From Alteromonadaceae bacterium (GTDB taxonomy: Bacteria > Pseudomonadota > Gammaproteobacteria > Enterobacterales > Alteromonadaceae): 64,000 nucleotides of DNA. The notes under the pieces are model-generated. The model was not told where the DNA came from. It saw only the letters and a program-made list of their open reading frames with translations, and ran no database searches. Shown one piece after another: positions 56,111-64,000 of this stretch. The stretch spans positions 70,292 to 134,291 of the forward strand of contig CBFHMJ010000028.1 of the NCBI GenBank assembly GCA_965656875.1. Reading direction: 5' to 3'. The position numbers and the translations under genes are program-made. Numbering within the stretch: the first letter of the stretch is position 1; each line of letters opens with the position of its first letter.

Positions 56111-59100
56111 ATGTCTGATCAAAATCAACAATTGCTGCAAGATTTGCTGCTGGAAAAATATGAGCCAATCGCTATCTGTGGGATTGGTCTACGCACCCCG
56201 GGCAATAACAATACGTTGGACGAGTTCGAAGAGTTTTTGCGGCAAGGGGGCGATGGCATTGTCGATATTCCTTTGGATCGTTGGGATAACTCAACCTTTT
56301 ACGATAGTGAAGATGGCAAGGGAAAAATTCGTACTGAAAAAGGTGGATATCTGAATGATATCAAGCACTTTGATGCTAAGTTTTTTAATATCTCGCCTAA
56401 AGAAGCCGACTACCTTGATCCACAACAAAGGCTGGTATTAGAAAGCTCATGGGAAGCGTTGGAAAACGCCAATATCGATCCGGATACCTTACGTGGTAGC
56501 AATGGTGGTGTTTTTGTTGGTGTCAGTTCGATCGATTATTCATTAGAAGTTGCTGCACTGACAATGGCCGAAAACATTGGCCACATTGGTACGGGTACCG
56601 CGTTAAGCGCGGTTTCCGGACGTGTTTCATACTTTCTTGGCTGGCGTGGTCCCTGTGTCAGTATAGATACCGCCTGCTCGTCATCCCTCGTAGCGATGCA
56701 TCAGGCAATGAATGCGTTACGTAAAAAAGAGTGTAACGTGGCATTGTGTGGTGGGGTAAATGCGATTCATCACCCACGAAATCTGGTGGTGTTTTCTGAT
56801 GCAAAAATGTTATCACCATCAGGATATTGCAAGACATTCGATGACGGTGCTAATGGTTATGGCCGCTCTGAAGGCTGTGCAATGGTGGTACTTAAGCGCT
56901 TATCAGATGCCATTAAAGACAATAATCAGATTATTGCAACATTGCGCGGCTCTGCGGTCAACCAGGATGGTGAAAGTGGCGGTTTAACAGTGCCAAATGG
57001 AATTGCTCAGGAACAAGTTATGCGAAATGCTTGCAACAATGCGGCATTGAGTCCGTCGGATATCAGCTATGTTGAAGCACATGGTACAGGCACCAGCCTG
57101 GGAGATCCTATTGATGTGCGAGCAATCAACAGTGTTTTTGAAGGAAGTCGTGAACAGATTCACATCGGATCAGTAAAAGGAAATATCGGCCACACTGAAG
57201 CGGCAGCTGGAATCATGGGCGTGGTGAAAACGGCGCTGCAATGTCAGCAAGGCTGGCTTTATCCTCATGTTGGTATGGGTACTCCATCCAACCATATTCC
57301 CTGGTCAAAATATATCGTAAAGGTGCCTGTTGAAGGTGAAACCTGGTCTGCTCCGGTCAGAAGAGCGCTTGTTAACTCTTTCGGTTTCGCTGGTACGATT
57401 GCCTCGGTTGTTATTGAACAAGCTCCTGATACGGGTAGCCAGGAACACAATGCGACTAAGGATGAGTTTCCTTCCATCTTAACGGTTAGTGCAAAAAGCA
57501 AAAATGCGCTGGCCAGTACGCTTGCTCGTTTGAATGACTACCTGGAGCAGGCTCCTGACAGTGATTTGTCGCAGGTGGCTGCTGCAACGCAACAGCGTTC
57601 TCACTTTAATCATCGTTTGGCATTTTTTAGTCAGGATAATAACGTGAAGGACTGTCAGGCATGGTTACAAAAGCAACAACAAAAACTGGAACAAGATAAA
57701 AAGTCGGGCAGTGCAGCGATTGAAAAAATTGCCTTTTTGTTTACGGGCCAGGGGGCTCAATATTCAGGCATGGGCAAAGGGTATTATGCTATTAGTCAGG
57801 TGTACCGTGAATCGTTAAATCTGTGTGATCGCATTTTTAGTACTTACCTGGACTTGTCGATCAAAGATTTGATGTTCGGTGAGATATCGGAAGCTGATTC
57901 ACTGTTGGATCAGACGCAATATACCCAGGCCGCACTATTTAGTATTGAATATGCGACGACACGTCACTGGATGTCTTTGGGTATCGTGCCAAATTGTCTT
58001 ATTGGTCATTCGATAGGTGAAATAGTTGCCGCATGTATTGCTGGAGTATTTTCTCTGGATGATGCGATTAAGCTGGTCGCGCATCGTGGTCGACTCATGC
58101 AATCAGTGAAGGCAAAAGGTGGAATGCTGGCCGTTAAGAGTACTGAAAGCATTATCGCTGACTATCTTAAAAACTATGACCAATTGGGTTTCGCTGCCCT
58201 GAACAGTCCTGAGCAATGCGTTGTTTCCGGGGAGCTGAATCAGTTAGAAGAACTGGCAGCTGTGCTGACGAAAGAGAATATTGATGTTACCCGGCTGGAT
58301 GTATCACATGCCTTTCATTCACTGCAAATGACCTCTATTTTTGACCAGTTCCGAGAAGCGATTGCTGACATTCAGTTTAATGAGCCTGAAATTACGTTAA
58401 TTTCTAACGTGAGCGGGGAAGTCGCAAAATTTACTGAGATAGGACAGCCTGATTATTGGGTTCGTCACATTGGTGACCCCGTTCGATTTGCTGACGGTGT
58501 TAAGGCGGTAGCCGCAAGAGGTAAGCATTTGTGTCTTGAGGTAGGTCCGGCCAGAGCCCTGTGTAACCTTGGCCGACAAACTGATTCATCGTTAGTCTGG
58601 TTGAATTCTATGAGCAAAAACAGCCGGGATACAGATAGTCTCGGTAATACTCTGGTAAATCTGTACCAACACGGTATCAACCTGAACTGGCAAGCTGCAC
58701 ACAAATCACATAGTAAACCTACAATTCAATTACCTCATTACGCCTTCGATCGTCGATATCACTGGCTAACGCTTGATGAAAAGTATCGTTATCGGTTAAC
58801 TGAACAGACAAACGTAGAGCAGGGACATCCTTTGTCGGGTCAAAGGGCAGCTGGCGACAACTCAGGCTCAGTCGTTTTTTGCAGCCAGATTAGTGCCAGT
58901 AAACCAGAATACTTGCAGGACCATAAAGTTAATGGGCAGGTGGTGTTTCCTGGTGCGGGTTATGTTGAAACTTTGATTTCTGTCCAGGTCGACTTATTTG
59001 GTGAATATGGTGGGAAAATCAGTGATTTGCAGATTTTAGAACCCTTGTATTTAAGTGAAGACACCATTGATTATCAGACAGAATGCAACCGGTTTGATGA

Positions 59101-62100
59101 TGGTCGTTATCAGGTCGCTATATACAGCGTTATTCATTCTGGTGAAGGTGAAATAAAAACCTGCCATGCAAAAGCAATCATTCATCCGGTAAGCGATACC
59201 CAGGACAAAGCACAAGATCTCGTCGAAGCGGCTCAGGCTGAAGAATCACTCACTCATCGCCATATTGCTGATGACCTTTACCCGAACTTTGAACAGATTG
59301 GTTTGTCATACGGAGATGCTTTCCAGCGATTAAACGAGGTGAAAAGTGACGGCGCGACACTCGCTATTTCGACACTGGAGCCAGGTTTTAATGTAGGGGA
59401 GTTTATCACCGCAAGTCTTTTAGATTGCGCTATGCAGTCTTTAGCGACCATTGTTGATGAAGGTAAAACTTACTTACCGATTTCGTTTTCAGCGATTTAT
59501 TTTTATAAACAACCTCGTGGGAAACTGACGGCTATTTTAAAACGAACTGAGATTGCCGGAGCCGATCTGGCTGCTGATTTGGTTATTCGGGATCAGGATC
59601 GTTTGGTGGGTGTTGTTCGTGGTTTGCAGTTAAAGTCTGTTGTCATGAAAACGGTTGCAACGCCTTCTTTGTATCACGAATTACAATGGAAGAAACGTTC
59701 ATTTGCCACGACCAACGACAACGATCCCAATAATCTGCTGATTATTGGAATGAACGATGATCTTGAACAACGCCTCAGAATAAAAGCTCACCGACAAACG
59801 ACGATTTACTCAGCATCAACTGTTGATCAGGCTAAAACTTTGTTTGTCGATAGCGACATAAACCACATTGTTTATCTGGCATCACAGATGACTGATTTTG
59901 AAGTGCAATACGAGCAATTACTGACGTTGATCCGCTTTTTGGATGATCCGGCGTATAACAGTCGTCAGTTCAGACTGTGGTTAGTTACTGAAGAAAGTCA
60001 GTTGATTGATGGTGATGACTACTCAAAAGAGATATCAGTTTCGTCGTCGTTATGGGGATTTGGCCATTCCTTGCTCAATGAGTATCCGCGCTGGCAAACA
60101 ACTATGCTTGATTTACCGTCGTTCTCAGATGATGAGGCAATCGCCCATTTGTTGACGGAATTGTCTGGTAGCACAGGTAATGAGTATCAAATAGCCTGGC
60201 GAGATTCTCAGCGGTTTGTTCGTCGAATTCTTCCATATGAAGAAAATAAGGGCAGCAAAGATAATTTTGAACTCCAGGTGACAGAATATGGACTGTTCGA
60301 GAATGTTAAGCCGGTAACTGTTGAATCAAAAGAGCCGGAAGCAGGTGAAGTTGAAATCGAAATTCGTGCCGCAGGTCTGAATTTCAAAGACGTTCTTAAT
60401 GCACTTGGGTTGTTAAAACAACATGCAGTTGATCATCAAATCGACTATGTAAAATTACCGCTGGGCTTTGAAGGTGCGGGCGTCATTACTAAAACAACAG
60501 CGGGTAGTCAGTTCAATATTGGCGATAAAGTGATGTTGAGTCATCTGGGATGTTTCCAGAAGCGTTTAACTGTTACTGAAGATGTTGTGGTGAAAATGCC
60601 TGAGAACATCAGCTATGCCGAAGCCGCAGGCTGCCCAACTGCTTACATTACCTCTCACTATGCTTTATACACTCTCGCCAATATCAAAGCCGGTGACAAA
60701 GTATTGATTCATAGTGCTGCTGGTGGCGTTGGCCAGGCTGCGGTACAGATTGCAAAATCAGTTGGCGCTGAAATCTTCGCAACAGCCAGTCCTTCAAAAT
60801 GGGCTATGTTAAAAGAGCAGGGTATTCAACACTTGATGAATTCTCGTAATCTGGACTTTAGTCAGCAAGTGATGGAAAAAACGGGGGGGCAGGGTGTTGA
60901 TATTATCCTCAACAGTCTTAACAAAGACTACATTCAGGCTGGTTTAGATTGTTTAAATGATCAAGGGCGATTTGTCGAACTGGGTAAGATCGGGATCTGG
61001 ACATCAGCGCAGGTCGCTGAATATAAACCTGAATGTCAGTACTACAACTTTGATTTAAGTGAACTACCGGAAGCAGAACTAAATCGTGTAAATAAATCGA
61101 TTTTGACTGACGTAGCTGAAAAGTTAGCAGACAAACGTTATTTACCCCTACCTACCAGCCAGTATGCACTGGACGAAACAGTCGAAGCTTTTTCGGTCTT
61201 AAGTCGTGGTGCGAATAAAGGAAAACTGGTATTAAACCTTTCTTATGATGATGTCGTTGAACAGCCAGTCGTTATTCATTCAGACAAACTATATCTGATT
61301 ACCGGTGGCTTTGGCGCGTTGGGTCAGGCCGTCGCAGGTAAATTAATGGCGTTGGGAGCAAAACACATTGCTCTTGCTGGTCGCCGTGTCGCCAGTCAGG
61401 CTGAACTGGATACATTAGCTGATGGCCATGACGTACAACTGTACCCTCTGCAATCTGACATAGCTGATGCAAATAGTTGCGAAGCGATGTTCAACACTCT
61501 GGCCGAATCTGGTTTGAAATTTGGTGGTATTTTTCACACGGCTGGTGTGCTGGATGATGGCCCGGTCAGAAACCTGTCGTTAGCCAGTTTGCAAAAAGTA
61601 GCGGCGGCCAAAATCAAGGGTACAGATAACCTGTTAAACGCTTTAAGTACAGGTAACGATGACAGCTTTTTTGTCGGTTTCTCATCAATAGCCTCAATTC
61701 TGGGGTCATTAAGTCAAGCCAATTATGCCGCAGCTAATGCTTACATTGATCATCGGATGGCTATCGAAAGCGCTCGCGGAAGGCATTGCCTGAGTGTTAA
61801 CTGGGGTCCATGGGCTGATATTGGTATGGCTGCAAATCTGGCGGAGAACATTATTCATTCTATTGAAGAAAAGGGAATGAAAATGTTGAAACCTAAACAA
61901 GGCTTACGTGCTTTATTCAAAGCACTACAAAGTAAGAAAGCTCAGTTGGTTGTTAGTGAATTTAACTGGGATGCCTACACCCAGTCATTACCACTGGAGA
62001 ATGCGTTATTCAGTCAACTACCGCTTTCATTGAATGAGAATGAAAGAGTTCAATTGGATGTCACTGCATTGAGTGAGCTGGGATCCAGCGAAAAACATGA

Positions 62101-62419
62101 GCAGCTGCTCTATTTCGTCCGAGCCAGTATTGCTCAGGTCTTACATTATGAAGATGTAGACGATGTTGAAAGTGATGCCCGGTTTGCCGATTTGGGATTG
62201 GATTCACTGGTGGCAGTAGAGCTCAAAAACTCAATTGAACGTTCACTCAAACTGCCATTAATGACGTCGCTGGTCTTCGACTATCCCAACATTACTGCAT
62301 TAACTGAGTTCTTGTATGGTGAATTGTGGCCGGCGGAGAACAACTCGACTCAACGGGAAAAGATACAGGATTTATCTGACGAAGATGTTGATGCCGAATT
62401 AGCAGAAATGATGCAGTAA
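56111..62419 (+). CDS. Type I polyketide synthase, fully reducing module KS-AT-DH-ER-KR-ACP (no TE)
   Basis: Domain motifs read in order:
- KS: DTACSSSLVA, HGTGTSLGD, GNIGHTEAAAG
- AT: GHSIGE
- DH: HKVNGQVVFPGAGY
- ER: LIHSAAGGVGQAAVQIAK
- KR: ITGGFGALGQAVAGKLMALGAKHIALAGRR
- ACP: LGLDSLVAVELKN. Confidence 0.9.
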   Translation: MSDQNQQLLQDLLLEKYEPIAICGIGLRTPGNNNTLDEFEEFLRQGGDGIVDIPLDRWDNSTFYDSEDGKGKIRTEKGGYLNDIKHFDAKFFNISPKEADYLDPQQRLVLESSWEALENANIDPDTLRGSNGGVFVGVSSIDYSLEVAALTMAENIGHIGTGTALSAVSGRVSYFLGWRGPCVSIDTACSSSLVAMHQAMNALRKKECNVALCGGVNAIHHPRNLVVFSDAKMLSPSGYCKTFDDGANGYGRSEGCAMVVLKRLSDAIKDNNQIIATLRGSAVNQDGESGGLTVPNGIAQEQVMRNACNNAALSPSDISYVEAHGTGTSLGDPIDVRAINSVFEGSREQIHIGSVKGNIGHTEAAAGIMGVVKTALQCQQGWLYPHVGMGTPSNHIPWSKYIVKVPVEGETWSAPVRRALVNSFGFAGTIASVVIEQAPDTGSQEHNATKDEFPSILTVSAKSKNALASTLARLNDYLEQAPDSDLSQVAAATQQRSHFNHRLAFFSQDNNVKDCQAWLQKQQQKLEQDKKSGSAAIEKIAFLFTGQGAQYSGMGKGYYAISQVYRESLNLCDRIFSTYLDLSIKDLMFGEISEADSLLDQTQYTQAALFSIEYATTRHWMSLGIVPNCLIGHSIGEIVAACIAGVFSLDDAIKLVAHRGRLMQSVKAKGGMLAVKSTESIIADYLKNYDQLGFAALNSPEQCVVSGELNQLEELAAVLTKENIDVTRLDVSHAFHSLQMTSIFDQFREAIADIQFNEPEITLISNVSGEVAKFTEIGQPDYWVRHIGDPVRFADGVKAVAARGKHLCLEVGPARALCNLGRQTDSSLVWLNSMSKNSRDTDSLGNTLVNLYQHGINLNWQAAHKSHSKPTIQLPHYAFDRRYHWLTLDEKYRYRLTEQTNVEQGHPLSGQRAAGDNSGSVVFCSQISASKPEYLQDHKVNGQVVFPGAGYVETLISVQVDLFGEYGGKISDLQILEPLYLSEDTIDYQTECNRFDDGRYQVAIYSVIHSGEGEIKTCHAKAIIHPVSDTQDKAQDLVEAAQAEESLTHRHIADDLYPNFEQIGLSYGDAFQRLNEVKSDGATLAISTLEPGFNVGEFITASLLDCAMQSLATIVDEGKTYLPISFSAIYFYKQPRGKLTAILKRTEIAGADLAADLVIRDQDRLVGVVRGLQLKSVVMKTVATPSLYHELQWKKRSFATTNDNDPNNLLIIGMNDDLEQRLRIKAHRQTTIYSASTVDQAKTLFVDSDINHIVYLASQMTDFEVQYEQLLTLIRFLDDPAYNSRQFRLWLVTEESQLIDGDDYSKEISVSSSLWGFGHSLLNEYPRWQTTMLDLPSFSDDEAIAHLLTELSGSTGNEYQIAWRDSQRFVRRILPYEENKGSKDNFELQVTEYGLFENVKPVTVESKEPEAGEVEIEIRAAGLNFKDVLNALGLLKQHAVDHQIDYVKLPLGFEGAGVITKTTAGSQFNIGDKVMLSHLGCFQKRLTVTEDVVVKMPENISYAEAAGCPTAYITSHYALYTLANIKAGDKVLIHSAAGGVGQAAVQIAKSVGAEIFATASPSKWAMLKEQGIQHLMNSRNLDFSQQVMEKTGGQGVDIILNSLNKDYIQAGLDCLNDQGRFVELGKIGIWTSAQVAEYKPECQYYNFDLSELPEAELNRVNKSILTDVAEKLADKRYLPLPTSQYALDETVEAFSVLSRGANKGKLVLNLSYDDVVEQPVVIHSDKLYLITGGFGALGQAVAGKLMALGAKHIALAGRRVASQAELDTLADGHDVQLYPLQSDIADANSCEAMFNTLAESGLKFGGIFHTAGVLDDGPVRNLSLASLQKVAAAKIKGTDNLLNALSTGNDDSFFVGFSSIASILGSLSQANYAAANAYIDHRMAIESARGRHCLSVNWGPWADIGMAANLAENIIHSIEEKGMKMLKPKQGLRALFKALQSKKAQLVVSEFNWDAYTQSLPLENALFSQLPLSLNENERVQLDVTALSELGSSEKHEQLLYFVRASIAQVLHYEDVDDVESDARFADLGLDSLVAVELKNSIERSLKLPLMTSLVFDYPNITALTEFLYGELWPAENNSTQREKIQDLSDEDVDAELAEMMQ

Positions 62420-62485
62420 ATCATTAATAACCAATGTTCTGCGGTCGCAGCTGGGGCCGCAGACGATCAACTACGGGTAATCACT

Positions 62486-63706
62486 ATGGCCTCTGTTTCA
62501 CCACAGCGAGTAAAAGAGTTAACTCAGATTGCTGATGATTTTCATCAACAATTTTTTAGTGTCAAAATTCCTTTTAGTATGCGATTTATGTACTGGAGCT
62601 ACTATGTTTTGCTTGCTCATAAAGGAACTCTTATCGAATCATCGGAAAAAGATGCGCAGTATCAGGATGGCAGACTAAAACGGGGATATGACAAATATCA
62701 CCAAAAAATCGTTGATCATCTGAATCAAAACTACCCACGTCAGGAAACATTCATCGACATTCCAACATTCAATGCCGATGAAATCAGTGATGAAGAAGTC
62801 CAGTTACTCATGGATTTACGGATACCGTTTGTTTTAAAGGGAGGGGCCAATAAGCTGAAGATGATGGATTGGGATCTGGATTTTTTCAGTGAAAACTTCG
62901 GTGATTGCCCATTACCTATCAACACTGCGCCAGATAAACCAAATGACGACACTAAAAAATCAAATCGTGCGACTAACTACTACGACTTTAAACTGGGGAC
63001 GGTAGGTGAACTGGTTAAGTCGATAAAAGAAGGGGGTAATTTACGTTCAATTGCTGTTGAAGATGTCATGCATCAGCAGGATGGTCGGTTAATCGAAGAT
63101 CTGGATATTCCGATGATGGAGCGTAAAAGTGGTTGGATCAAAAACCAGTTTTCGAGAATAAAGTCAAAATTAATGGTAGGGAAAATAGCCTCTAAGCAAT
63201 TGTTTTTGCAACCCAAATATGCCTACACCATCTGGCATTGTGAGCCCGGTGACAATTTCTTCTTATTACAATCGGGTAAAAAGCAATGGACCATGGCACA
63301 CCCATACCACACCGCGGCATTTAACCCACGCGTAAAGTCAAATACTACGTATCACGGTTGTTCGATTGACGTCCGTGAAGATCAGGCTACTCAGGATAGT
63401 CGGGACAACGAGGCCTATACTCGCGTACCCAAACTGCAATTCAATGCACAACCTGGCGATATTTTACGGTTACCAAATTATTGGTGGCACACCGTTGAAA
63501 CCTTTTCTGATGATTATTCCATCGCAGTAACACTAAGAGCAGCTTGTGTTCCAAACCTTGTTAGCGGTGGTTATCTGGCAATGCGTTTACTGGATAAGGA
63601 TTATCATGAAATGGTTAAGCGAATTAAAAACGGTGGGCGGGTGACGGATAAAGACATCAACCTGAAAATCTTTTCCTATCTGGACAAGCGTAAAAATCAG
63701 TTTTAG
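62486..63706 (+). CDS. JmjC/cupin-8-like domain protein (putative 2OG-dependent hydroxylase), PKS tailoring
   Basis: A C-terminal double-stranded beta-helix region carries the HxE...H pattern (IWHCEPGDNFFLLQSGKKQW ... LPNYWWHTVE). The protein is 406 aa. Confidence 0.5.
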   Translation: MASVSPQRVKELTQIADDFHQQFFSVKIPFSMRFMYWSYYVLLAHKGTLIESSEKDAQYQDGRLKRGYDKYHQKIVDHLNQNYPRQETFIDIPTFNADEISDEEVQLLMDLRIPFVLKGGANKLKMMDWDLDFFSENFGDCPLPINTAPDKPNDDTKKSNRATNYYDFKLGTVGELVKSIKEGGNLRSIAVEDVMHQQDGRLIEDLDIPMMERKSGWIKNQFSRIKSKLMVGKIASKQLFLQPKYAYTIWHCEPGDNFFLLQSGKKQWTMAHPYHTAAFNPRVKSNTTYHGCSIDVREDQATQDSRDNEAYTRVPKLQFNAQPGDILRLPNYWWHTVETFSDDYSIAVTLRAACVPNLVSGGYLAMRLLDKDYHEMVKRIKNGGRVTDKDINLKIFSYLDKRKNQF

Positions 63707-63717
63707 TAGCACATGCA

Positions 63718-64000
63718 ATGAAAGAATATATCGAATATCTATCGACGTTAAGTGAAAAGCAACTTGTTCTTTTGCTGGCTAAACAGAAGCAGGCCCAGAC
63801 GGCACCTGTCGCGATTCTCGGTTGTGGTTGTCGGCTTCCTGGTGATGTAAATAGCATCGAAGCGCTATGGCAAAGCTTACTGAACAATGAAGTACACATC
63901 AGGAAGTACGAACAGGGTCCACCGGGTGCATCCAATCGTCCCCGATGGACAGATTCGTTGCAAGCGGGTAGTAATGCACTGACCTGTGGCGCATACCTCA
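63718..64000 (+). CDS. Second type I PKS, N-terminal docking region and start of KS domain (3' end outside window)
   Basis: The sequence is MKEYIEYLSTLSEKQLVLLLAKQKQAQTAPVAILGCGCRLPGDVNSIEALWQSLL.... The PVAIxGxGCRxPG KS N-terminal signature is present. The gene continues beyond position 64000. Confidence 0.7.
   Translation, partial: MKEYIEYLSTLSEKQLVLLLAKQKQAQTAPVAILGCGCRLPGDVNSIEALWQSLLNNEVHIRKYEQGPPGASNRPRWTDSLQAGSNALTCGAYL

Overview
This 64-kb window reads as an accessory-rich chromosomal segment of a Gram-negative, probably marine, gammaproteobacterium. The content, in order, is described below; I found no transposase, integrase or CRISPR array.

- **1-6.7 kb:** a hybrid sensor histidine kinase (5' partial) with a REC-GGDEF response regulator, two hypothetical genes (one with a nitrobindin-like N-terminus) and a secreted amidohydrolase.
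- **7.07-24.4 kb:** a single ~5,780-aa gene for a putative lipoprotein/adhesin-like giant protein with Gly-rich, PA14, LamG-like, FG-GAP and EF-hand-like regions.
- **24.4-27.8 kb:** a small cassette of fragment and orphan ORFs, then an ECF sigma factor with a co-transcribed membrane protein and a small upstream peptide.
- **28.1-29.0 kb:** a DMT/EamA transporter.
- **29.05-35.45 kb:** an RtcR-controlled RNA-repair locus. rtcR is divergent from a sigma54-type promoter, followed by a 72-nt tRNA-shaped (Y-RNA-like) element, an unusual multi-repeat SPFH/band-7 protein, rtcB, rtcA and a terminator.
- **35.5-37.3 kb:** a multiply frameshifted paralog fragment of the neighbouring giant gene that contains an (8-nt)x4 simple-sequence repeat.
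- **37.4-50.3 kb:** a 4,298-aa secreted subtilisin (S8) protease fused to about six ~570-aa calcium-binding-repeat modules. The inner modules are encoded by near-identical 1,710-bp tandem DNA repeats.
- **50.5-53.3 kb:** a secreted esterase of the PHB-depolymerase family and a hypothetical gene.
- **53.3-54.1 kb:** an AT-rich ~800-bp gap.
- **54.1-64.0 kb:** the start of a polyketide gene cluster: TauD-family dioxygenase, hotdog-fold protein, stand-alone ACP, a KS-AT-DH-ER-KR-ACP type I PKS, a JmjC/cupin protein, and a second PKS running off the window.

The most interesting candidate for something undescribed is the rtc locus. It combines a CARF-domain activator, a tRNA mimic and an SPFH protein that carries iterated pre-SPFH hairpin motifs.
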